DNA from: Ignavibacteriales bacterium
Lineage (GTDB): Bacteria; Bacteroidota; Ignavibacteria; Ignavibacteriales; Ignavibacteriaceae
Length of the DNA: 64,000 nucleotides
Assembly (NCBI GenBank): GCA_003538625.1
Contig: DPRR01000014.1
Span: 24,945-88,944 of the forward strand
Direction: 5' to 3'
Within the stretch, counting starts at the first letter, position 1, and each line of letters starts with the position of its first letter. Positions 45,014 to 54,036 of the stretch are shown here, one piece after another. The translations under genes were made by a program, and so were the position numbers. The notes beneath the pieces were generated by a model. The model was not told where the DNA came from. It made no database searches and saw nothing but the letters and a program-made list of their open reading frames with translations.

Positions 45014-45275
45014 TAATTCCACCATTTTCTAAATCTTGTCAATATGCAACTCCAAACTGCTTAGTGATATCCAACCGGATTAAACACAACATTTTCGTAC
45101 GATTCAGATTCAATTAAATACTCAGTAAAAAATTCATTAAGAATAATGTAGTAATTCCAATCCGCTCAAATAATCCAAACATTTGCGAGAATAGTGCAAG
45201 ATAACTGCGAACCGATATCTTACTTTTGCATCAATCAAAAATTATAAACTATTTCGACTCCCAAGATATAAGATC

Positions 45276-45719
45276 GTGATAATTTTAACGACAAAAGGTG
45301 TTTTTAACAAAGGCGGAGAGATTGTGCTAAATTCAATGAAGAATATTAAATGGCAGGATATTATTGATAACTCTCCTCCTGAATTACCATCCGGAACCAT
45401 CATAGATCTTTCGCTTTCTTTCGATGAAAATACCTTTCTTTCCGGAATAAATGGAATTGTTTGGGCTACACATGATCAAAGACAATCTGAAATTATTCAT
45501 AATACACTTCTTGCCCAACAAATTAGTTCGGAAATTAATATGATTGAATTGGGCAGTCAGATTATTTTCCTTACAAAAATTTCAAACTCAAAAGATATTA
45601 ATGAAGCAATAGATTTTATCTGGAAAAGCAATGTTGGTCTTAGACTTAAACCGGATTGGACTTATTCAGCAGGTGAATCAAATAAAAGTTTTGAGCTATG
45701 GCTGAACGGACATGAATAA
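45276..45719 (+). CDS. Hypothetical cytoplasmic protein (true start possibly the ATG at 45336)
   Basis: The track ORF starts at a GTG. An in-frame ATG at 45336 (MKNIKWQD...) is preceded by GGCGGAGAG. No signal peptide or known motif. Confidence 0.4.
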   Translation: MIILTTKGVFNKGGEIVLNSMKNIKWQDIIDNSPPELPSGTIIDLSLSFDENTFLSGINGIVWATHDQRQSEIIHNTLLAQQISSEINMIELGSQIIFLTKISNSKDINEAIDFIWKSNVGLRLKPDWTYSAGESNKSFELWLNGHE

Positions 45720-45747
45720 TTTTCAATTTATATAAATAGTAATTAAG

Positions 45748-46266
45748 GTGAGTAATATGAAGTACTTAAAATCAATTTTAATCGTAATAACAGTTAACCT
45801 TTGTTTAACTTATAATATGATTGCACAAAGCGAACAGGGATATATTCTAGGAATTAAAAACTTTGAAAAATCATTTCCTTCCGAAAACTCCGGATGGGAT
45901 AGTTATGATAATCTTTACATGAACAGACACTTTGATGGAAAAGTAAATCAAAACAAACTTGGTCTTAACACAAAAGAAATTATCGGAAAAGAAATTGTCT
46001 ACGAGTATGGAATTTTTAGTATGACCATGGTTATTGAATCAGATTCATCTCTTTACTGGAAAGATCAGAATGGTGAAGACGGTTCAAACCAAAAAATAAA
46101 TACCATACACATTAATAATTTCAAAACGCTGCTATCCTGGGTTGAAACTGATAACACTTTTGTAACAATGTACTCTGATTTTAACGAAGGTAAATCTTCT
46201 GCTTTCTTATACAGAGAAAATGGAAGTATTACTCCCGTTGAAGGCATAATTAAAATGAAAAAATAA
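45748..46266 (+). CDS. Small exported protein, unknown family
   Basis: 172 aa with a signal peptide. The mature N-terminus GYILGIKNFEKSFPSENS resembles that of the next ORF (NVFIITNFERAFPENGS). Confidence 0.5.
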   Translation: MSNMKYLKSILIVITVNLCLTYNMIAQSEQGYILGIKNFEKSFPSENSGWDSYDNLYMNRHFDGKVNQNKLGLNTKEIIGKEIVYEYGIFSMTMVIESDSSLYWKDQNGEDGSNQKINTIHINNFKTLLSWVETDNTFVTMYSDFNEGKSSAFLYRENGSITPVEGIIKMKK

Positions 46267-46314
46267 GTATTCAATAATGGTTCTAATTTACAACAATCAA
46301 AAGGAGCAGGTGCT

Positions 46315-46749
46315 ATGAAATATTCAATCATTCTTTCTTTTTTATTTATTCTTTTCTTTGCCGGTGCAAATGATATGCTTGCACAATCCAGAGATGGCAA
46401 TGTGTTTATAATAACAAATTTTGAAAGAGCGTTTCCTGAAAACGGTTCTATGAATGAATTAGATTCTCTTCAGCAGATTATGATGGATGCTTCATATAAA
46501 GGCAATCCATACGTAGTAAGTTATAAAACCATGTCTCACTGGTGGGGACATGATAACCGTGATTTTATTCAAATTATTGAAGTCAAAAGCTGGGATGATG
46601 TTTCAAAAGCATATGATAAATCCAATGAAATGATAATGAAGGCAATGCCCGACAAAGCAGACAGAGATAAATTTAATAGAGCTTACAATAAATATTTCAC
46701 CGGAAAACACTCAGATGAAATATACCGTGAAGTAAAGTTTGGTAAGTAA
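46315..46749 (+). CDS. Small exported protein, paralogous to 46788..47231
   Basis: 144 aa with a signal peptide and an AAGGAG Shine-Dalgarno sequence. By eye it aligns colinearly with the following ORF (…SYKTMSHWWG… / …SYMVLSHSPG…). Confidence 0.55.
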   Translation: MKYSIILSFLFILFFAGANDMLAQSRDGNVFIITNFERAFPENGSMNELDSLQQIMMDASYKGNPYVVSYKTMSHWWGHDNRDFIQIIEVKSWDDVSKAYDKSNEMIMKAMPDKADRDKFNRAYNKYFTGKHSDEIYREVKFGK

Positions 46750-46787
46750 AATTAAAAATTCTTATAAAACAATTATTAGAGGATTAA

Positions 46788-47231
46788 ATGAAACATCTAA
46801 GCTTAGCATTGTTATTTGCAGTTATAATATCTTTTTCGTTTGCTGATTCAATTCTAGCACAGGAGAAATCCTATACTGAAGGAAGCGTTTGGGATATATC
46901 ATTAATAAAAACTAAAGCGCCATACTTTGATGATTATATGAATAATCTTAATAACGGTTGGAAAAAGGTAATGGAAGAAGCAAAAAAACAAGGTTTAATT
47001 TTATCTTATATGGTTCTATCTCATAGCCCGGGTTCGCCCGGTGATTGGGATCTTGCTTTATTAATTGAGTACAAGAATATGGCAGCATTTGATGGACTTG
47101 GAGAAAAGATGGAAAAAATCCAAAACAAATTATTTGGAGAAAGACAAGCAATGCAGGATGCAGCAGTTAAAAGAAATGATTTAAGAGAATTGCTTGGCAG
47201 CAAATTAGCACGCCAGTTGTTGTTTAAATAA
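46788..47231 (+). CDS. Small exported protein, paralogous to 46315..46749
   Basis: 147 aa with a signal peptide ending SILAQ and a Shine-Dalgarno sequence AGAGGA. Confidence 0.55.
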   Translation: MKHLSLALLFAVIISFSFADSILAQEKSYTEGSVWDISLIKTKAPYFDDYMNNLNNGWKKVMEEAKKQGLILSYMVLSHSPGSPGDWDLALLIEYKNMAAFDGLGEKMEKIQNKLFGERQAMQDAAVKRNDLRELLGSKLARQLLFK

Positions 47232-47303
47232 ATTGTTTGCTTATGATTTAAAGGTGATTAATTGTTCTTAATAAATAATTTTTTTTAAAAAGGAATATGT
47301 TTT

Positions 47304-47771
47304 ATGAATAAGTTACTTTCAATATTTACCGCATTATTTGTAGTGTTAATTTTATCGGGCAGCACAGTTGCACAACAATGGTCACCTGAACAAAAAGATG
47401 TTTGGGCGGGTGTTGAAGAGTACTGGGCTGCAAGTGCATCCAGTGATCCAATGTCATTCACAAAATATTTTGATGACTCATACTTTGGTTGGTCATACGA
47501 AAATGAGGCTCCCGGAAGTAAAGAGGATGCTGTTAAATCACTTAACTACTGGCTTAAGAAAGGTAAAATTCAATACTATGTTATTAAGCCTGCAAAAATT
47601 TGGGTCAATGGTGATTTTGCTTATGTACATTACTACTACACTCAAGTTTCTGAAAGTTCAGATGGAAAACCAAATACTGAAAGAGGACGGTGGACGGATA
47701 TCCTAATGAAGAAGAACGGCAAATGGATGTTAGTTGGAGATCATGGTGGCGAAATTAAAAAAAATGATTAG
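47304..47771 (+). CDS. Exported NTF2-like (DUF4440/SnoaL-like) protein
   Basis: 155 aa with a signal peptide. The C-terminal RGRWTDILMKKNGKWMLVGDHG is typical of DUF4440-type NTF2 folds. Confidence 0.6.
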   Translation: MNKLLSIFTALFVVLILSGSTVAQQWSPEQKDVWAGVEEYWAASASSDPMSFTKYFDDSYFGWSYENEAPGSKEDAVKSLNYWLKKGKIQYYVIKPAKIWVNGDFAYVHYYYTQVSESSDGKPNTERGRWTDILMKKNGKWMLVGDHGGEIKKND

Positions 47772-47871
47772 TCATTATTTTAATTTATTTTTTTTGAATA
47801 TACAGGCAGTGAAATATCTGCCTGTTCATTTTAAACCGGGAACTATTTAATAATATAATGAGCAGTAGACA

Positions 47872-48354
47872 ATGAAAATACTTATGATCGCTCTAGCAGC
47901 ACTAATATCAATCATCTCATCCAATTTTTCTTATGCTATAGATAATAAAAAAATCGAAGACAAGAATATAGATTTAATACAGAGTTTATACGCTGATTTT
48001 GCAAATGGGAATATACCTTCTGTACTGCAAAAATTTGATTCTAAAATTGTGTGGAATGATGCAGAAAATTTTCCTTATGCAGATGGAAATCCTTATATAG
48101 GGTCTGAAGCAGTTCTTGAAGGAGTATTCAAACGGCTTGGTGGTGAATGGGAATACTGGAACTTAACGGAACAAAAATATTATGAAGCCAAATCCGGTGA
48201 AATAATTGTTACCGGACGATACAAAGCTAAAAATAAAGCGACAGGTAAAGTGATAAATACTGAGTTTGTACATATGTGGACAATCGAAGATGGAATGATT
48301 ACCAAGTTTCAACAGTTTGCCGATACTTACCAAACCGCTGAGGCAATGAAGTAA
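47872..48354 (+). CDS. Exported SnoaL/ketosteroid-isomerase-like NTF2-fold protein
   Basis: 160 aa with a signal peptide. LIQSLYADFANGNIPSVLQKFDSKIVW... and ...FVHMWTIEDGMITKFQQFADT follow the SnoaL_2-type pattern. Confidence 0.65.
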   Translation: MKILMIALAALISIISSNFSYAIDNKKIEDKNIDLIQSLYADFANGNIPSVLQKFDSKIVWNDAENFPYADGNPYIGSEAVLEGVFKRLGGEWEYWNLTEQKYYEAKSGEIIVTGRYKAKNKATGKVINTEFVHMWTIEDGMITKFQQFADTYQTAEAMK

Positions 48355-48396
48355 AATATTAAATAGGACAATTAAATAATAAAAGAAATTAGCATT

Positions 48397-48879
48397 ATGA
48401 AAAAACGAAGTCACACAATTCAAAAAGTAAGTTTTCTGTTTTTAATATTTCTCCTTTTTGTTGCGGCAGGATGTCAGCAGCCTAAATCAGCAGATACAAA
48501 ACCAGTTTCAGAAGCATTTGATATGCAAAAAGCTAAAACGTTTATTGATAGTATCAATACAAAGTTTATGGAAGAGATAAAGAATGGCGATTCAGTGGCA
48601 TTAGCTTCTCATTATTCATCCGATGCAGAACTGTTATTACCAAATAGTGAATCAGTAAGAGACAAAGACATTCTTTCATCCTGGGGTAGTTTGATACGTT
48701 CAGGAGTTAAGGACATGACTTTAACGACCACTGATCTTACCGGCAACAATGATTTTCCAATTGAAACCGGTTATTTTGAAATTAAAGGGAAAGACAATCA
48801 AGTGAATAAAGGAAATTATTTGGTAGTGTGGAAGAATGAAAATAGTGAATGGAAATTATACAGGGATATCGGAAATTAA
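48397..48879 (+). CDS. NTF2-like (DUF4440-like) lipoprotein
   Basis: 160 aa with lipobox VAAGC. AKTFIDSINTKFMEEIKNGDSVALASHYS... and ...GNYLVVWKNENSEWKLYRDIGN are present. Confidence 0.6.
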   Translation: MKKRSHTIQKVSFLFLIFLLFVAAGCQQPKSADTKPVSEAFDMQKAKTFIDSINTKFMEEIKNGDSVALASHYSSDAELLLPNSESVRDKDILSSWGSLIRSGVKDMTLTTTDLTGNNDFPIETGYFEIKGKDNQVNKGNYLVVWKNENSEWKLYRDIGN

Positions 48880-48969
48880 AATCCATCTTGCATAAGAAAG
48901 AAAGATTTGTTTATAATGATTCCAATCGAATCTAATTAAACGTATAATCAATCAGAGGAGAACCAGTTA

Positions 48970-49479
48970 ATGAGACAAATAATTTTATCAATTTTAAAAA
49001 CAAGTTGCTCGTTTTTAATTATTGTGGTTCTGATTTTTACAGGTTGCCAGCAAACACTGGATAATGCTGATATGCAAAAAAGTAAAATCGAAACGCCAGA
49101 ATATTTTTACCTGCGTCCCAAAGTTGAAAAAGAATATGGATATACACACGCAGTAAAAATTGGTAACGATATAAAAATCTCCGGCGCTGTAAGTATGGAT
49201 GATGAAGGTAATCCAACTGCTGTTGGTGATTTTTTACAACAGATGAAAAATTGTTATTCTGATCTGGACAAAGTGCTGAAACATTTTGGCTGCACATTTG
49301 ATGATGTGGTTGTCGAAAATATTTTTACTACCAATATGCCGGAATTCCTTAAACAAGCCGGTTATCGAAACACAATTTACACTAAACAATTTCCAACCGG
49401 TTCCTGGCTTGGAGTTAAGGAATTAGCATTGCCAGAGTTTATGATAGAAATTGAACTGGAAGTATATAAAGCCCAATAA
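48970..49479 (+). CDS. RidA/YjgF/L-PSP family protein carrying a lipoprotein signal
   Basis: 169 aa with lipobox IFTGC. The core GYTHAVKIGNDIKISGAVSMD...NCYSDLDKVLKHFGCTFDDVV...IEIELEVY has the RidA-fold pattern. Confidence 0.7.
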   Translation: MRQIILSILKTSCSFLIIVVLIFTGCQQTLDNADMQKSKIETPEYFYLRPKVEKEYGYTHAVKIGNDIKISGAVSMDDEGNPTAVGDFLQQMKNCYSDLDKVLKHFGCTFDDVVVENIFTTNMPEFLKQAGYRNTIYTKQFPTGSWLGVKELALPEFMIEIELEVYKAQ

Positions 49480-49530
49480 AAATGTTAACTAAAAATTCAA
49501 CTTTCAAAAAGAAGTAATGTGGTTAATTAA

Positions 49531-50892
49531 ATGCTTTTTGTAAACTCTGATCAGATAAAAACAAAAACTTTACCGGCATTATCTGAGAATACTTTTTTAA
49601 GGTATTTTACTTTTGCTGCGTTGTACGTTGCTCAAGGAATTCCTGAAGGTTTATTGTGGTATGCGATTCCTGCCTGGCTTGCAATGAATGGTAAAAGTCC
49701 CGCTGAAATTGGTTCATATGTTGCTGTAATTGGAATTCCCTGGAGTTTAAAAATTATTAATGCTCCAGTTATGGATAGGTTTACATACCTGGCAATGGGA
49801 AGACGAAGACCCTGGATTTTGTTTGGACAGGTCGGATTAATATTAAGCTTTTTATCTATGTCATTGATTACAGATCCGTTAAACAATTTATCTCTGTTAA
49901 TGATATTAGGTTTTGTTGTTAGTTTTTTTGAAGTGTCTCAGGACATTGCTGTTGACGGTATGGCGATCGATATTTTACCGGTCGATCAGCAAGCAAGAGC
50001 AAACGGATTAATGTGGGGCTCAAAAACGCTTGGTATCTCTGCATCAGTCGCTTCCGGCAGTTGGATAATGAGCCACTTTGGATATTTTTATGCGATAGTA
50101 TCATTCTCATTTTTTATTGGAGTCATTTGTATTATTCCAATTTTACTTAGAGAACGACCTGGAGAAAAGCTTTTACCCTGGACAATTGGTGAAGCCTCAA
50201 AAGCTGCTGAAAAAATTCAACTGCATAGTTGGAAAGGAATTTTTAAAAGTCTGTATAAAGTTTTCTTTCTGCCTGTAAGTTTTATAATGGGTGTGGCTGC
50301 TTTTAGTTACTCAGTTGGAAGAGGATTGATTGATACTTTATTACCTGTATTTACAGTACAGCAGCTTGGTTGGGCAGATACGCAATATTCACAAATCTTT
50401 GCCACTGCAAATTTAATTTCAGGTATACTTGGAATGATCATTGGAGGTTTTCTTATAGATTATTTTGGTAAAGTTAAAATGATATCCGTTTATTTGAGTT
50501 TACTAATTTTGCTAGCGTCTGCAATGTCTTTCTTAAAAAGTTTTTGGCAGAATGACATTTTTGTAACGGGTTTTATAATTTGTTTTTATATCCTGTTAAC
50601 TTTTACAAATATTGCAATTTTTGCTTCAGCTATGCAGCTTTGCTGGAAGCGCGTTTCTGCAACTCAGTTTACACTCTATATGGCGATTTCAAATCTTGGA
50701 CTTGCTGCCGGTGCTGCCTTAATGGGACAGTTGAAAGGATTTTTGGACTGGCAATTTGTAATACTTACATATGTATTTTTTGCAGGCATTATGCTGGTGT
50801 TGATTAGATTCATCAATTTTGAAAAACATCAAACCCGTGTGGGTGAACTGGAACTAAAATATGCAGATAAACAAATTAATTTTAATTTATAA
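49531..50892 (+). CDS. MFS transporter, AmpG/PAT-family-like
   Basis: 453 aa with about 12 hydrophobic segments. N-terminus LRYFTFAALYVAQGIPEGLLWYAIPAWL, and GRRRPW lies after TM2. Confidence 0.7.
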   Translation: MLFVNSDQIKTKTLPALSENTFLRYFTFAALYVAQGIPEGLLWYAIPAWLAMNGKSPAEIGSYVAVIGIPWSLKIINAPVMDRFTYLAMGRRRPWILFGQVGLILSFLSMSLITDPLNNLSLLMILGFVVSFFEVSQDIAVDGMAIDILPVDQQARANGLMWGSKTLGISASVASGSWIMSHFGYFYAIVSFSFFIGVICIIPILLRERPGEKLLPWTIGEASKAAEKIQLHSWKGIFKSLYKVFFLPVSFIMGVAAFSYSVGRGLIDTLLPVFTVQQLGWADTQYSQIFATANLISGILGMIIGGFLIDYFGKVKMISVYLSLLILLASAMSFLKSFWQNDIFVTGFIICFYILLTFTNIAIFASAMQLCWKRVSATQFTLYMAISNLGLAAGAALMGQLKGFLDWQFVILTYVFFAGIMLVLIRFINFEKHQTRVGELELKYADKQINFNL

Positions 50893-51393
50893 CCGCAATT
50901 AAAAAATTTACTTACATAAATTTTATCCACTTGATTTTTATTTAGAAATATTTCAAGTTTCTCACCAAAACAATTTCAACTGCTTGAGGAAGGGTTTATA
51001 AATTTAACTAATTTATACCCGCTCACTTCTAAATCCGGCTGCTCCTTAAGTAAGTATACGTACTTATTGAGAGTTGTGCTTTTGTTATTCTTAATGTAAA
51101 AATATTTCTTTTAATAAAATCGTACAGAAATAATCTGCTTAAATCTGTAATGATAATATTTTTATTTAAATCTATATGATTCAGTAAAATATGTCTTCTT
51201 ATCTATTAATCTCCGTTGAAATTGTTATGATAATACCTCATTCAACTGATTATAGGAAGTATAATTAATTAATTTTTTAGATAATGGTACGGAGGAAATA
51301 TGAATACAAGTTAATATCATCAATACTAATGTAGTGTTGAAATCTTAGTACAAATTGTTAAATATAATTATCAATAAATAAAAAGGAAGGCAT

Positions 51394-52521
51394 ATGAAAA
51401 AGCAAGCAATTTTTATGTTGTTTGTATTGTTTTTATCATCATTAGTTTTTTATTCGTGTAATGATGACTCAAGTATCCCAACAGATACTCAATTAATAAA
51501 ATCCTCTTCAAGCGATAAAATAACAAGTTCAAATACTACCATAGATACCATTGCGGTAGGTTTAAATGGTCCGCGTGGATTAAAATTTGGAGCTGATGGT
51601 TATCTGTATGTTGCGGAATCAGGATTAGGCGGCAGCAACTCAACTCTTGGACAATGTGATCAGGTAATACCGCCTGTTGGTCCGTACGTCGGAGGAAATA
51701 CAGCAAGAATTTTAAAAATTAGTCCATCGGGAACAGTATCAACAGTGGTTGATAATCTTCCATCCTGTCAAAACGCTCTGGGTGATCGTTTAGGAGTTGC
51801 GGATATAGAATTTATGAATAATACTTTGTACGCTTTAATAGCCGGTGGCGGTTGTTCTCATGGTCACTCCGATGTTCCTGCATCAATTATCAAAATTAAT
51901 AGTGATGCTTCCTGGTCTGTAATCGCTGATCTAAGTACATATCAGCAAAATAATCCGGTTGCTGAACCTGAAGAAGATGATTTTGAACCGGATGGAAGCT
52001 GGTACAGTTTAATTAACGTAAGAAATAATCTTTATGCAATCGAACCGAATCATGGTGAGATGGTAAAAGTAACGAAAAATGGAAACGTGAGCAGAGTAAT
52101 TGATTTCAGTGCTACTTATGGACACATCGTACCAACTTCTGTTGCTTATCACGGCAATTTTTTTGTTGGTAATTTAAATACGTTCCCGGTAGTTGCTGGC
52201 AGTTCAAATATCTATAAAGTAACACCGAGCGGACAATCGCAGGTGTGGGCAACCGGATTTTCTACTGTACTCGGTTTAGTAATTGATGATCAGGCTAGAA
52301 TGTATGTACTGGAATCATCTTCGGTAGATGGTTTTCCAACTCCAAATACCGGAAGAATTATAAAAGTGCTCCCTTCCGGGCAAAAAGAAGTTCTTGTTGA
52401 TGGGTTATTCTTCCCCACAGGTATGACAATGGGTCCTGATGGAAATCTATATGTATCAAATAAAGGTTATGGACCACCAGTTCCGGGTTTTGGTGAAATA
52501 TTAAGAATAAATCTTCACTAA
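51394..52521 (+). CDS. Beta-propeller lipoprotein (ScyD/ScyE- or NHL-like)
   Basis: 375 aa with lipobox VFYSC and a strong Shine-Dalgarno sequence AAGGAAGG. Repeated G.NGPRGLKFGADGYLYVAESG / PTGMTMGPDGNLYVSN blade motifs. Confidence 0.55.
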   Translation: MKKQAIFMLFVLFLSSLVFYSCNDDSSIPTDTQLIKSSSSDKITSSNTTIDTIAVGLNGPRGLKFGADGYLYVAESGLGGSNSTLGQCDQVIPPVGPYVGGNTARILKISPSGTVSTVVDNLPSCQNALGDRLGVADIEFMNNTLYALIAGGGCSHGHSDVPASIIKINSDASWSVIADLSTYQQNNPVAEPEEDDFEPDGSWYSLINVRNNLYAIEPNHGEMVKVTKNGNVSRVIDFSATYGHIVPTSVAYHGNFFVGNLNTFPVVAGSSNIYKVTPSGQSQVWATGFSTVLGLVIDDQARMYVLESSSVDGFPTPNTGRIIKVLPSGQKEVLVDGLFFPTGMTMGPDGNLYVSNKGYGPPVPGFGEILRINLH

Positions 52522-52535
52522 TAAATTTTATAAAA

Positions 52536-52567
52536 ATGTCTGTCTGTTTTATGACAGACATTTTTTT
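52536..52567. terminator. Bidirectional rho-independent terminator between convergent genes
   Basis: ATGTCTGTC-8 nt-GACAGACAT is a 9-bp stem flanked by an A-run upstream and TTTTTTT downstream. Confidence 0.7.
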
Positions 52568-52715
52568 ATAAACGTGCTGCGAAGAGTTAAGGGGTTTAAG
52601 TAAGTGATATTTGTAGTATGAACTTGTAATGGTATACTAAAAATAAACCAGTTTGTAATTAATGAACTGCATATTTTGATAATTATTAACAGTTAAATGA
52701 ACCTAAAAATAATAC

Positions 52716-54002
52716 TTACATAGCACGACCGGTTATTTGTTTAAACAGTGTTTTATTATTTGCAAACTTATATGCGGTATCATAAGATATTTTTTTTGTT
52801 TCATACAATTGTTTTAAATCATGCTCCATAGTAATCATCCCCAAATCTGCTGCCTGATTAATCATCATATATATTTCATCCGAATTATTATTTTTAATTG
52901 CCGCTCTTACATTTGGAGTAACAATTAAAACTTCCTTAGCCATAGTAAGCTGACCATTCATATCAGGTACAAGTTTTTGTGAAATTACTGCAGAAAGAAC
53001 ATCAGCAAGTCTATGTCTTACACGAGCCTGCTCTGATTCATTTACTTCTGCAATAATTCTATCAATTGATTCTACGGTAGAAGAAGTATGCAGTGTTGAA
53101 AAAACTTTATGTCCGGTATCTGTAACTTCTAAAGCAGCAATAATAGTATCCTCATCTCTCATTTCGCCGATGACCATGATATCTAAGTCCTGTCGTAAAG
53201 CTTGTACTACCCCATCCCGGAATGAGAGAACATCTTTACCAACTTCTCTTTGTCTTATGATACATTTTTTTGATCGGTGGACATACTCTAACGGTGAAGC
53301 GATAGCAACTACATGAGCATTTACATTATGATTATGCCAATCAATAATTGCATCAAGCGTTGTAGATTTTCCTGTTCCTGTAACACCAGTAACTAGAACT
53401 AATCCCTGTTTTACATAGTTAAATGAAAGCACGCGAATTAGATTTGGGTGAAATCCAAGTTGCTCCAGCTTTCTAAGCTTTGGTAAAATTGAACGTATAT
53501 TTAATGCAAGCGTATCAACATCAAAATATGCATCTGCTCTAAATCTTATTAAGTTCTCTTCACTGCTAAGACCTTGAGATAAACCTTTTGAATAATCAAA
53601 TGAATAAGAAAAATCCAGGTTCCTGTTTTTGAATAGTAATGCTCTTTGCTTTTCAGTTATGATGTTAAGAATTAATAGTGCAGCTTCATCATTATTCAAT
53701 TTTGGCAGTTCAGAAACAATATTTTTGTTACCATAAATCCTTAACCATACAAAACCTTCTGAACCGAATCCACCAAGCTCAAGATCTGACGCTTCTCTGA
53801 GCAGCATTATCTTTAAAAGATAATTGACATACCGTGTCAGAATTCTTGTCTCTTCAAAAGTAATTTCTTTAAGAATAGAGTCTAAAAAGATAAGTCTATC
53901 AACTCCAAAATAATGCTCGGGAATTTTAGATGAGTGTTTTTTTAGGATTTCAATTGTATCAAGAGTTAAATCCTCATCGATCTTAATTTCAGGTACAGCC
54001 AT
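52716..54002 (-). CDS. PilT/PilU-family type IV pilus retraction ATPase-like protein with an N-terminal extension
   Basis: 428 aa. Walker A GVTGTGKST, DLDIMVIGEMRD and His-box TGHKVFSTLHTSS. The conserved ASDL(H/E)L motif sits about 55 aa later than in canonical PilT. Confidence 0.85.
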   Translation of the reverse strand: MAVPEIKIDEDLTLDTIEILKKHSSKIPEHYFGVDRLIFLDSILKEITFEETRILTRYVNYLLKIMLLREASDLELGGFGSEGFVWLRIYGNKNIVSELPKLNNDEAALLILNIITEKQRALLFKNRNLDFSYSFDYSKGLSQGLSSEENLIRFRADAYFDVDTLALNIRSILPKLRKLEQLGFHPNLIRVLSFNYVKQGLVLVTGVTGTGKSTTLDAIIDWHNHNVNAHVVAIASPLEYVHRSKKCIIRQREVGKDVLSFRDGVVQALRQDLDIMVIGEMRDEDTIIAALEVTDTGHKVFSTLHTSSTVESIDRIIAEVNESEQARVRHRLADVLSAVISQKLVPDMNGQLTMAKEVLIVTPNVRAAIKNNNSDEIYMMINQAADLGMITMEHDLKQLYETKKISYDTAYKFANNKTLFKQITGRAM

Positions 54003-54036
54003 ATAATTACTTCTTTGAAAAGTGATTTATTAAAAA

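Noticed and set aside
45221-45228. TACTTTTG, which matches the Bacteroidetes -7 promoter consensus TAnnTTTG, upstream of the small-protein cluster
   Set aside because: It is a single occurrence with no properly spaced -33 TTTG. The genes in this window use strong Shine-Dalgarno sites, unlike classical Bacteroidetes, so applying that promoter model is not justified.
46065-48423. Minus-strand or alternative-frame ORFs 46065..46400, 46948..47151, 47021..47203, 47368..47706 and 48163..48423 in the small-protein cluster
   Set aside because: They overlap plus-strand ORFs that have signal peptides, Shine-Dalgarno sites and recognisable folds. 46065..46400 would bridge two genes and their intergenic spacer.
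50893-51393. Possible riboswitch or sRNA in the 500-bp region upstream of the beta-propeller lipoprotein gene
   Set aside because: Only short AT-rich hairpins are present (GGGTTTATAAATT...AATTTATACCC and TAAGTA-TACG-TACTTA). I could not recognise any conserved riboswitch core motif, and it cannot be supported without covariance or transcript data.
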